Assembly: GCA_040754455.1 (NCBI GenBank)
Contig: JBFMCP010000006.1
Coordinates: forward strand, 1 to 64,000
Length of the DNA stretch: 64,000 bases
DNA from: Nitrospirota bacterium
Lineage (GTDB): Bacteria > Nitrospirota > Thermodesulfovibrionia > Thermodesulfovibrionales > Dissulfurispiraceae
Reading direction: 5' to 3'
The notes under the pieces are model-generated. The model had not been told where the DNA came from, ran no database searches, and saw only the letters and a list, made by a program, of their open reading frames with translations. The translations under genes and the position numbers were made by a program. Of this stretch, positions 19,763-28,793 are shown in pieces (positions within the stretch are counted from its first letter, which is position 1; each line of letters opens with the position of its first letter).

Positions 19763-20971
19763 ATGGCAACGTCGAACATGCGTGGTATCTCAGCGGCCAA
19801 TGGTTTTGTCTCGTACTGTAAAGATAAAAAAGGCAAGACAGAGCGGGTGAAATATGAGTATTCAACCTTTACCAATCAAAGGGCAGAAATGAAACTAATG
19901 CGCGGCCGTAAATATAACGGGATCGATTTCCGTGTAAGCTTTGATCCTAACGACCGGAAATTAACAGAAGAAGAATTTAAAGCCATCGCCCAAGAGCTTG
20001 CAGAGCGGTATCTAGGAAGCCGCCCTTTTGTCGCAGTACTGCACAGTGAGACGGACCATGAGCATATACATTTTGTTAGCACATACTTAGATGAAAACGG
20101 AAAATGTATTTGCACCAAAGGACCCAAGGGCGACGAAGAGTGTAAGCGGCGGCAAGAAATAGTTGATAGGGTTTGCCGGAAATACAATCTTTCTACTCTG
20201 CCACGAAATGAAAACGGCTACAACAGTAAAGACGGTATCCCAGGTTATCAATACAAAAAAGAGCGGATCACCAAAGCTGAAAAGCAGGGCAAGCAGCCTG
20301 AAAAAGCTGCACTCCGCCGGTTGATTGATGGAGCGCTATCGATAGAGAGCTTAGAACCCTACATTGTACGCGAGAAGGAAAATTCGTTGACGTTTGAATA
20401 TAAGGGGAAGCGCTATCGCCTGGATAGCTTTGATAAGAGGCTCAAGAACCGGGCTGATTTAGAAAGCCGCATCAGAGAGCGCACTATGAAAAAACAATCG
20501 TCTAATGACCGTCTCCGGCGCTCAGAGCAGTTATTTTTAAATCGCCTCTCTAGGACCGTAGAGGCTCTCTCGTACAAAAAATACAACCGCAACGAAATAC
20601 AGGGCATAGCAGACAAAGTATTGCAGCACAGAGCCCAGGCAAACGACCCCAGCCAACGCTGGGAAGCACTTAAAAAAATGCGCTCAGAGCTCGACCAGAT
20701 TATGACTCGTGAGCAGCTACGCCAGATCAAAAACCAGATGTACCAAGAGAAGCACCAGCGGTATCAATCAAAAGTGCTCCGCCGGGTGCTCCGGGAGAGG
20801 AACCCGATTATTGCGTTTGTACTCTCGATAAACGTGATCCTCTCAGCACTTGCTGAAGCTATTAAAGACAGAAAACATGACAACAACGTCAAAGATATCA
20901 TCGATCATAAGGCAAACATCCAGAGCAGCAACATAGACCACAACACTCACAACAGCGGACCAAGAGTCTAA
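19763..20971 (+). CDS. HUH relaxase (MOB-P-like)
   Basis: N-terminal Tyr (FVSYC), VSF motif II, HSETDHEHIHFV 3H motif; follows mobC. Confidence 0.85.
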   Translation: MATSNMRGISAANGFVSYCKDKKGKTERVKYEYSTFTNQRAEMKLMRGRKYNGIDFRVSFDPNDRKLTEEEFKAIAQELAERYLGSRPFVAVLHSETDHEHIHFVSTYLDENGKCICTKGPKGDEECKRRQEIVDRVCRKYNLSTLPRNENGYNSKDGIPGYQYKKERITKAEKQGKQPEKAALRRLIDGALSIESLEPYIVREKENSLTFEYKGKRYRLDSFDKRLKNRADLESRIRERTMKKQSSNDRLRRSEQLFLNRLSRTVEALSYKKYNRNEIQGIADKVLQHRAQANDPSQRWEALKKMRSELDQIMTREQLRQIKNQMYQEKHQRYQSKVLRRVLRERNPIIAFVLSINVILSALAEAIKDRKHDNNVKDIIDHKANIQSSNIDHNTHNSGPRV

Positions 20972-21023
20972 ACGAGGACGGGAATAACCCCGCCTTTGCT
21001 ATTACTAATAGAGGAGGAATGAC

Positions 21024-22250
21024 ATGGATTTTGCGACACTCTATAACAATCTAGTCCAGAGTTTTTCCGGTATCCTCAATTCATGGGGAAACGAGATTAG
21101 CGCTGTAGCAATGGGGTTGGCTCTCGCATTTACGTTGATCCGCATCGCAAATGAGGGCTGGAAAGGCGGCTATGACAAAATAATGCCCTTCATTAAAGAT
21201 CAGGTAACGAAATTCTTTATTGTTTGTGCCCTTTGTATCCCCCTCGACGTTGGACCTTTGCAGGGTAGTTTCCTAGTCGCATTTCCACGGGTCGTTATGA
21301 CGGCCGGGTTTGAGACAGCGAAAACTATGGTACAGCATAGTGAAACGTGGCACTCAGAAACACTCGTCGCGCTGCCGAAAGGTTTAGACGAAAAAATCGA
21401 TAAAATCCGCGCAGCAAAAGACGCAGAGCTTATGAAACAGAGAGGCATTATGACAAGGCTCTTGAGAATGGTAAAAGAGGCGCTTGTTATCAGTTTCATG
21501 GACTTCTTTAATATGTTCGCACATCTCAGGACGCTTGCAGTCGTTGGTATCCTCGTAATCATGTTGCTACCCGTCTTCATAGGATTAATTATGTTAGGCG
21601 GCGAGGGAGGATGGATTGCAAGCGCAGTAATCCTTGCATACTTATTCATGAAAATTGGCGCTTGGGCGACAGGCACAGAGAGCCCACAGATCGATTTGAC
21701 TGTCCATGAGACAATGACCTGGGCGACTAATAAAATCGCTAATTTCGCCTTTATCGGGATTTCATCATTTACATTTTTCGGGGTGATGATAAGCGCGACT
21801 GTTCAGAGTGTAATTCACACGCTGTTATTCCCCTTTTCCGTAATGAATATGGCATTTGAGACGCGGCGGCAGATATTTATGAATCACATTGCAAAAATGT
21901 TTCAACTAGCTTTGACGCCAGTTATCGCTTGTCTCATCTTCATGGTTTCGGCAGAGAGTTTCGCGCTACTCTCTGCAAAAAGCGGGCTCATCGAGGTCAT
22001 GCGCAGCGTCTACGTCGGAGACATGCCAGCCACGGACGCCGACTTTTTTGTCGTCGTTGGTTGGTTTTTCCGGTTTTGTGTTGCTGCTTTGATATCGCCG
22101 ATGGTGCTTGCGATGCCAGTTGCGACGTTAATCAAACAGTCATCGAGATTCGCCGGGGAAGTCGTTGGACAAGGATTCGCGATGGTAAACAATTTCCAAC
22201 AATGGAGCAGTATTGGCAGTAATCCTATGCCAATGCCGGGCAAAAAATAA
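21024..22250 (+). CDS. Polytopic membrane protein, VirB6/TrbL-like
   Basis: Several TM helices with a central soluble loop; located after the relaxase; family is inferred. Confidence 0.55.
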   Translation: MDFATLYNNLVQSFSGILNSWGNEISAVAMGLALAFTLIRIANEGWKGGYDKIMPFIKDQVTKFFIVCALCIPLDVGPLQGSFLVAFPRVVMTAGFETAKTMVQHSETWHSETLVALPKGLDEKIDKIRAAKDAELMKQRGIMTRLLRMVKEALVISFMDFFNMFAHLRTLAVVGILVIMLLPVFIGLIMLGGEGGWIASAVILAYLFMKIGAWATGTESPQIDLTVHETMTWATNKIANFAFIGISSFTFFGVMISATVQSVIHTLLFPFSVMNMAFETRRQIFMNHIAKMFQLALTPVIACLIFMVSAESFALLSAKSGLIEVMRSVYVGDMPATDADFFVVVGWFFRFCVAALISPMVLAMPVATLIKQSSRFAGEVVGQGFAMVNNFQQWSSIGSNPMPMPGKK

Positions 22251-22263
22251 CCAAGGAGGAACT

Positions 22264-22437
22264 ATGGATATCAAAAAAATCAAAAAGACTCTCACGGTGA
22301 CAGAGAAAGACAAGCAGACGTTTATCACAGCAGCGCTCGACGAGAGCTTGTCAATCGGCAGACTCAGCGTAGCTATTTTTATCGCTGTAGTAGTAATGAG
22401 CGCGGCATTTAACATCGCCGCTGAGATTGCGAGGTAA
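22264..22437 (+). CDS. 57-aa protein with a hydrophobic C-terminal helix
   Basis: AGGAGG RBS. Confidence 0.6.
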   Translation: MDIKKIKKTLTVTEKDKQTFITAALDESLSIGRLSVAIFIAVVVMSAAFNIAAEIAR

Positions 22438-22441
22438 CGCC

Positions 22442-23437
22442 ATGAGACAACTAACACCACAGCAGTACGACACTCTCAAGGCTATGAGAGATGACCTCAA
22501 CGACTTTATAGCCGAGAGGGACGCGAAGCAAAAAGAGCGCTTTGCGGAGTCGGAAGAACTCTCAAAGACCCCGAAGTGGCGGGCATTCCGGGAGCGGCTT
22601 TTCGGCTATGCTAGAGAGTGTAGAGACGTATCAATATACAACTACACTGGTAAAGACGGGCAAAAAAGAGAAGTTGTCATGCATCCGTCGAAACTGCCTC
22701 TCATAACGCAGGTACAGCGCTACGTAGAGGACAAGTACCGGCGTTACGGGCTAGACGCGCTCTATCACGTCTATCAACGTCTAACAGAGCGGCACGGGGC
22801 TTTAGCGGTATTGCTCCCGGTAGTCCGGGATATCGCGGGGCTCGATCAAGACATTATCGATGAGCTTAGTAAAGAACGGCTTATCACAGTTGCCGGAAAT
22901 CGTATCTATCCTCAGTTGTGGTTTTTCGGGGTTGAAGCCCCAAAAGCCAAAGCTGCGCTCGCACAGATGTTCTCTACTGCGCCACAAAAGACTTTAGAAG
23001 ACATCAGAGAAATGCTTGTCTATGCTAAACATCTCATCTCCGTCGAACAGCAGACGTACAACGACTATAGAGAGGCACAGAGCACTATAGATGCATCGAG
23101 ATACAGAGCGCTTCTAGCCGCAGTTGAAAGTCTCCCTACGAAGACTGAGGAAGAGGCAAAAGAACTAGACAAATTCAAAACGGAGATCACCGCTGCACAG
23201 AGCGCCGGGCTTCTGTATTCATGGTTTATCGTCAAATCACAGGTCAATAAAGAGCTCGTATCAAGCGACATCAAGCGCATTGAAAATGCGATGTACCCGT
23301 CTTCAGGCGCTGATCGGCTCTCTACCGAGGACGAGCGCGTATTTTCGTATATTGTCTCAACGTATAAACCAGCTATTTCAGGCGACACAAACGCATTCAA
23401 AGTTTACGAATCATGGATGCGTGAGCTATCCATGTAA
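22442..23437 (+). CDS. Hypothetical helical protein
   Basis: GAGG RBS; operonic. Confidence 0.7.
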   Translation: MRQLTPQQYDTLKAMRDDLNDFIAERDAKQKERFAESEELSKTPKWRAFRERLFGYARECRDVSIYNYTGKDGQKREVVMHPSKLPLITQVQRYVEDKYRRYGLDALYHVYQRLTERHGALAVLLPVVRDIAGLDQDIIDELSKERLITVAGNRIYPQLWFFGVEAPKAKAALAQMFSTAPQKTLEDIREMLVYAKHLISVEQQTYNDYREAQSTIDASRYRALLAAVESLPTKTEEEAKELDKFKTEITAAQSAGLLYSWFIVKSQVNKELVSSDIKRIENAMYPSSGADRLSTEDERVFSYIVSTYKPAISGDTNAFKVYESWMRELSM

Positions 23438-23455
23438 CCCTTAAGAAAGGAGGTA

Positions 23456-23695
23456 ATGACTATGCAATCACTAATGCAGTTAGGTATGGGCGATCCCACA
23501 CCCCTTGTAAACATGACATCCGAAGCAACGGAGCTTTTCAACAAGCTCAGCGCCGGGGCTAACGAAGCTTCACAAATGGCCGACATCATCTCTGCCCCCA
23601 GCATACTTACAAAAGGCGCAGAGTTCGTCCAGGATCAAGGACAGCAGCAGGACGAGTACACAAGCCCGTCTTTAAGTCCAAGACCGGGCATGTAA
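23456..23695 (+). CDS. Small acidic hypothetical protein
   Basis: AAGGAGG RBS; terminator at 23713-23749. Confidence 0.65.
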   Translation: MTMQSLMQLGMGDPTPLVNMTSEATELFNKLSAGANEASQMADIISAPSILTKGAEFVQDQGQQQDEYTSPSLSPRPGM

Positions 23696-23847
23696 CACTT
23701 GATATCCACCGCGAGCCCTTCCCTGGCTTTGTCAGGGCGGGGCTTTTTTATTGTCAGCATGTAAACTTTCTTTTTTTGTATATGTTCGTAAAAATGCATC
23801 GTTCTGACGCTATTTCCATATACATCAACTTTTAGGAGGAGATGTAT

Positions 23848-24153
23848 ATGGAAAAGCTTTTGACAGCAGAAGAACTCTCGAAAATACTGAGAGTAGAAGT
23901 TCACACGATTCACGTATGGACGCACTCAAAACGTATACCTTATCTCAAAGCCGGACATCTACTTAGGTTTAGGTGGTCAGATATTGAGGCATGGATGCAG
24001 GGGAAAACGACGGCGAAGATCGCGGCGCAGTACAAAGAAGAGAAGCCCAAAGCAGAGACGAAGGTAAAGACCGGGAGAAGAAAAAAAAGTCATGGGCAAG
24101 GCTCGTATATCAAGGCAATCGTAAAAGGCACAATTGCCGAGGTTATCGGCTAA
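23848..24153 (+). CDS. xis: Excisionase-like HTH protein
   Basis: LLTAEELSKILRV...W....IPY.K.G..LRF pattern; adjacent to the integrase. Confidence 0.85.
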   Translation: MEKLLTAEELSKILRVEVHTIHVWTHSKRIPYLKAGHLLRFRWSDIEAWMQGKTTAKIAAQYKEEKPKAETKVKTGRRKKSHGQGSYIKAIVKGTIAEVIG

Positions 24154-24228
24154 TTGATATAATCTCCGCAAGTGTTCTTTGACAACGGGAATTTTCAAAG
24201 GTCTTGCGGAGTCCAAGAAGGAGAAACT

Positions 24229-25290
24229 ATGAGACAACGCAAGAAATACGACGGACTTTTTCTGAGAGGAAAAATCTGGTGGATGTCGTTCGTTATTAAT
24301 GGGAGACAGTACCGAGAGTCAACAGAAACGGAAGATAGGAAACTTGCCGAAATCGTCAGGGCAAAGGTGCTTGTCGAAATAGCAGAAAATCGCTGGTTTC
24401 CGCGCAAACAAGCGGAGAAAAAAGGCTGGTCTGATATCGTTATCTTGATGAACGATAACATGGAGCAGAGAGAGCCAAAGACACAGATATTTTATAAACA
24501 GCGCCTTGCTTATCTGGACAATTATTTTAAAGGTCACAAGCTCGCTCAAATTGATCGTACCGCTATCCAAGACTATCTTACACAGAGGCGGAGGGATGCA
24601 GCAGAAGATAAAAAACGCTGCTCCGGTACGACGCTCAACAGAGAGCTTGCTATCCTCTCCAAAATGTTCAACCTTGCGATAAAACAAGGATGGATCGATT
24701 CGAACCCCTGCTTTGGAATCGAGAGATATAAAGAGCCCAAAGACATAGGACAGCATCTCTCAGAAGAGGACGAGCCGAAGCTATTAGAGGCAGCTAAACC
24801 ATATCTCAACGGCGACCTTATAGATATGGTTATATTAGCCATATATACCGGCATCCGTAAAGGACAAGTAATATCGCTGCATTGGGATAAGATTGACCTC
24901 GACGGAAAACGCTTTGAGACGTACAACGAGAAAACCAATGAATGGTATGTGCTACCCATGGCAGAGATGGTATATCAAATGCTGCTACGGCGCTCAGAAA
25001 GCCGTAAGACAGGCTATGTCTTTCAGACAGCGGCTGGGACTCAATACGACGGTATGAATGTGCTTCACTGGTTTCAGAGAGCTTGCAAAGATGCCAAGTT
25101 GCCAAAAATGAGATTCCATGATCTCAGGCACACCACTGGAAGCAGGCTTGCGCGTCTCGGGTGTGATATCCATTTTATCTCCGGGGTACTCAATCATAGT
25201 CAACTTTCGACGACCCGGCGATATGCAAAACACAACGTCGCAAGTCTTCAAAAAGGGCTCGATTTACTCACTCAAAAACAGCCAAATTAG
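24229..25290 (+). CDS. int: Tyrosine integrase
   Basis: TGIR, RFHDLRH, LNH and RRYA catalytic residues. Confidence 0.95.
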   Translation: MRQRKKYDGLFLRGKIWWMSFVINGRQYRESTETEDRKLAEIVRAKVLVEIAENRWFPRKQAEKKGWSDIVILMNDNMEQREPKTQIFYKQRLAYLDNYFKGHKLAQIDRTAIQDYLTQRRRDAAEDKKRCSGTTLNRELAILSKMFNLAIKQGWIDSNPCFGIERYKEPKDIGQHLSEEDEPKLLEAAKPYLNGDLIDMVILAIYTGIRKGQVISLHWDKIDLDGKRFETYNEKTNEWYVLPMAEMVYQMLLRRSESRKTGYVFQTAAGTQYDGMNVLHWFQRACKDAKLPKMRFHDLRHTTGSRLARLGCDIHFISGVLNHSQLSTTRRYAKHNVASLQKGLDLLTQKQPN

Positions 25291-25363
25291 CACAAAATTA
25301 GCACAATTGACCCCAAAACAGAAAAAAGGGTTACAGTATTACCTGTAACCCTTTGATTTTAAG

Positions 25364-25436
25364 AGCCGGGAAGCGGACTCGAACCGCCGACCTGCTGATT
25401 ACGAATCAGCTGCTCTACCAACTGAGCTATCCCGGC
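25364..25436 (-). tRNA. tRNA-Thr(CGT), CCA not encoded
   Basis: Cloverleaf GCCGGGA...TCCCGGCT; anticodon arm GCTGA-TT-CGT-AA-TCAGC; GGTTCGA T loop. Confidence 0.97.
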
Positions 25437-25483
25437 ACCAGCCAGAGGGTGGCTGAAGAACCAATCCCTATGAAATAACGAAG

Positions 25484-26023
25484 TTATATTTTAGCAAATT
25501 CCTGCTTAAAATAGCCAAGGGTAAGTTCATCAAAAATGCAGAATTCGACCACTTCGAGTGAGGTCGCTCCGTTTTCCTCGAGGAAACGCTTCGACTCTTC
25601 GACGAGGATCGCCGCGCAGCGGTCTTTGGGAAAGCCGAAGATGCCCGAACTGACAGCGGGCATGGAGATGCTCCTGAGGCCTTTTTCCGAGGCCAGGGCA
25701 AGGCTGCTCCGAACAGCGTTCTTGAGTTTGTTGTCTTCATCCCCCTCCCCCATCCTGGGCCCCACCGTATGGATGACGAACTTCGCCGGGAGCTTCCCGG
25801 CAGTAGTGATGACCGCTTTTCCGACAGGCACGAACCCGATCTTGTCACTCTCCTGCTGGATAACCTGCCCGCCTTTTCGCACAATCGCGCCCGCGACCCC
25901 GCCGCCGTGCTGCAGGTGCGCGTTGGCGGCGTTCACGATCGCATCAACATTCCGCTCGGTAATATCACCCATGACGAGCCGCAGCATTTTACCATTGATC
26001 CTGCGCTCCGCGATTATCTTCAT
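25484..26023 (-). CDS. Macro domain protein
   Basis: GDIT, AIVNAAN, GGGVAGAI and SSGIFG motifs. Confidence 0.93.
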   Translation of the reverse strand: MKIIAERRINGKMLRLVMGDITERNVDAIVNAANAHLQHGGGVAGAIVRKGGQVIQQESDKIGFVPVGKAVITTAGKLPAKFVIHTVGPRMGEGDEDNKLKNAVRSSLALASEKGLRSISMPAVSSGIFGFPKDRCAAILVEESKRFLEENGATSLEVVEFCIFDELTLGYFKQEFAKI

Positions 26024-26133
26024 GCTCCCTCCTTTCCGGTCTTTTATAAAGATACCGGGAAACCGCGGCGGTGTCAATTCGCTCCATCTGATACTTTTTT
26101 GCACTCCTGATGGTTACCGTGTAAAATACTTTC

Positions 26134-27306
26134 ATGAAAATAGCCTATTTCGACTGCTATGCAGGGATAAGCGGGGATATGTGCCTCGGCGCGCTCGTTG
26201 ATGCCGGAGTGGATATCGCTGATCTCAAAAAAGCACTGAAGAATATCCCTATCGCCGGGTATCAGCTCACCTACCGGAAGGCCGTGCGGAACGGGATCAG
26301 CGCGACAAAAGTGAACGTTGCTATCAAACGACACGCACACCAGAGGAGCATAAGATGGAAAGACATCGAAAAGATCATCAAGGCTTCGTCGCTCGCTCCT
26401 CATATTAAACAAAAGGGGACATCCATTTTTAAGCGGCTCTTCGAGGCAGAGGCGAAGGTCCATGGAGAGGATTTCCGCGCAGTTCATCTCCATGAGCTCG
26501 GCGGCATTGATTGCATCGTGGATGTCTTCGGCACCGTAATCGGCCTCGACATGCTCGGTATTGAGAAGATATATGCATCGCCGATCAATCTGGGAAGCGG
26601 CACCGTACAAACCGCCCATGGCATCCTGCCGGTGCCTGCCCCGGCAACCGCTGAATTGCTGAAAGGCTGTCCGGTACATTCCTCTGGCATTCCCTTCGAG
26701 CTTACGACGCCCACAGGAGCCGCCATTATCGCCAGCCTCACAACGGAATTTCTGAGCACTCCCGATATGCAGATCGAACAGGTCGGCTACGGAGCCGGTA
26801 ACAAGGATTTCACCACTTTGTCCAATACATTGCGAATAATGATCGGTGAGCATACCGGCGCTCAATACACTGATGCCGCGGTCACGATCATCGAAGCCAA
26901 TATCGATGATATGAATCCGCAGCTTTACGAAGCGGTGGTCGAGAAGCTCCTCGATGCCGGCGCCCTCGATGTCTTTCTCGAGAACATTATTATGAAGAAG
27001 GGCAGACCCGCAATAAAGTTGACAGTCATGGCAAAAGCGCAGGATGTCGACAAGCTCTCCCTGCTTCTGTTCTCGGAAACAACCACCATAGGTCTGAGAT
27101 TCTACACCGCCCAGCGGAAGACACTGGAGCGTGAGATCGTAAAAGTGAAAACAAAGTACGGTGAAGTCAGGGTCAAACGATCCAGCTTGCATGGTACGGT
27201 CTTGACCAGCGCCCCCGAATATGATGATCTGAAAGCCCTCGCGACGAAAACCGGCATCCCTCTCAAGAAGCTGGCTGAAGAGATCCGGGCACTTATTGTT
27301 CCTTAG
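26134..27306 (+). CDS. larC: Nickel pincer cofactor biosynthesis protein LarC
   Basis: GISGDM, HLHELG..D, PVPAPAT, EANIDD and PEYDD motifs. Confidence 0.93.
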   Translation: MKIAYFDCYAGISGDMCLGALVDAGVDIADLKKALKNIPIAGYQLTYRKAVRNGISATKVNVAIKRHAHQRSIRWKDIEKIIKASSLAPHIKQKGTSIFKRLFEAEAKVHGEDFRAVHLHELGGIDCIVDVFGTVIGLDMLGIEKIYASPINLGSGTVQTAHGILPVPAPATAELLKGCPVHSSGIPFELTTPTGAAIIASLTTEFLSTPDMQIEQVGYGAGNKDFTTLSNTLRIMIGEHTGAQYTDAAVTIIEANIDDMNPQLYEAVVEKLLDAGALDVFLENIIMKKGRPAIKLTVMAKAQDVDKLSLLLFSETTTIGLRFYTAQRKTLEREIVKVKTKYGEVRVKRSSLHGTVLTSAPEYDDLKALATKTGIPLKKLAEEIRALIVP

Positions 27307-27329
27307 TCCTCATTCCTGACTGTCGTTTA

Positions 27330-27358
27330 TTGACAGGCCATAGAGGGTACAGTAGAAT
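27330..27358 (+). promoter_or_regulatory. Near-consensus sigma70 promoter
   Basis: TTGACA-N17-TAGAAT. Confidence 0.75.
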
Positions 27359-27462
27359 GTAAAAGAATATTTAAGAACGCAGAAGTCAGCCGGGGCGACC
27401 CTTCACGGTTGAAGCAACGCTATGCGTAGGCTCTCTCCGAGAGACCCGCTTCGGGACGTCAG

Positions 27463-28782
27463 ATGACAAGGATACCACCGGACATCATGGTTAAGAAAAT
27501 GGTATTTCTGGTAGTATGCATGCTTGCCCTCATACCCGGCCTCTCCCGCTCCCTTACGCTCGACGAGGCGTTGACGCTTGCGACAGAGAGCCTGCCCATC
27601 TATCAGGCGGCGCGGCTTCGGGTGCTTTCCTCAGAAGCGTTGTACAAGGCGACCATCAGTCCTTATTTTCCCCGTCTCGACGGATCGGCAGCTTACAGGA
27701 GGATCTCCAACACCGATGATTTCGATACAAGAACATATGAGCTGAGACTCTCTTATCTCCTCTTCGATGGTGGAGAGCGGCGGGCAAACAGGAGCATCGA
27801 ACGCCTGAATCTCGAGAACGATCGCGAGGCATTGAGAACGACCCTCATCGATCTCCATTATAACGTCAAAGTTGCGTTCTATACGGCGATTGCCCAGCAG
27901 GAGTCGCTGGCGCAAAGGTCCATCCAGCTACAGGATGCACAGAAGGATTTCGAAGTGGCTGAAGGCCGGTATAAGTTCGGCGTCGCCAAGCTTTCCGATA
28001 TGCTCCAGGCATCGGTGCGGCTCGAGCAGGCGCGGTTCAACCTGATTCAGGCTGAAGGAGATCTTGCAAAGGCCTTTGCTGATCTCAATTCGCTCATCGG
28101 AAAGCCGCTTGATAGCCGCTACCCCCTCGAGGGATCGCTCGATAGAGAGACCGGGGTGCCGGACAAGAGATACTTCCTTGATGCCGCGCTCCAGAAGCCC
28201 GAGATCAGGCAGGCCGAAAACGCCGTCAGGATAGCAGAGCAGAACAGGTCCCTGGTGCGGAGCACCTTCTTTCCACTTATCTCAGCAGAAGCTTCGTACC
28301 AAAAGACGAGCGGCGGAGGGTCATTCAGGTTCGCGTTCCCTGAAGAGAAGAGCGCCGGGATCACAGCAACGTGGAGCCTCTTTGACCTCAGCAGGTTTTT
28401 CAGATACCGTTCCGCGGGGATTGAGAGGGCGGTTTCGAGCGAGCAGCTGAACGAGACAAAACGCCAGTTGCTGCTCTCTGTCGACAGGGCCTATGAGGAT
28501 GTCACCATCGCCTCCAACCAGCTCAATGTAGCACGGCAGCAGTTGAAACAGGCCGAGCACAATTATGCCCAGGCCTTCGGCGAATACAAGGTTGGCAAGG
28601 CCGACATCCTTTCCCTTGTCCAGGCCGAGAGCTTTCTGGCAACCGCACGCGAACAGTTGATCAGCTCCCGTCTCAACCTCATTCTCTCTCTGTCGCTGCT
28701 CGAAAGGACCTCAGGGACCCTTGCACTTTCCCTCACCCCCGGATCTCCGGGCAGCGAAGCACCGAAGACTGCTGCGCCGTAG
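27463..28782 (+). CDS. TolC-family outer-membrane efflux protein (start may be 27487)
   Basis: Signal peptide and two OEP-like repeats. Confidence 0.88.
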   Translation: MTRIPPDIMVKKMVFLVVCMLALIPGLSRSLTLDEALTLATESLPIYQAARLRVLSSEALYKATISPYFPRLDGSAAYRRISNTDDFDTRTYELRLSYLLFDGGERRANRSIERLNLENDREALRTTLIDLHYNVKVAFYTAIAQQESLAQRSIQLQDAQKDFEVAEGRYKFGVAKLSDMLQASVRLEQARFNLIQAEGDLAKAFADLNSLIGKPLDSRYPLEGSLDRETGVPDKRYFLDAALQKPEIRQAENAVRIAEQNRSLVRSTFFPLISAEASYQKTSGGGSFRFAFPEEKSAGITATWSLFDLSRFFRYRSAGIERAVSSEQLNETKRQLLLSVDRAYEDVTIASNQLNVARQQLKQAEHNYAQAFGEYKVGKADILSLVQAESFLATAREQLISSRLNLILSLSLLERTSGTLALSLTPGSPGSEAPKTAAP

Positions 28783-28793
28783 CGAGGAGATAT

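Larger units (their letters stand above)
12918..25407. mobile_element. Integrative mobilizable element (~12.5 kb) in tRNA-Thr(CGT)
   Basis: 47-bp direct repeats at both ends; integrase, Xis, relaxase, MobC, primase and helicase inside. Confidence 0.93.

Noticed and set aside
12918..25407. Prophage or self-transmissible ICE
   Set aside because: No capsid, terminase, tail, VirB4 or coupling-protein gene recognised
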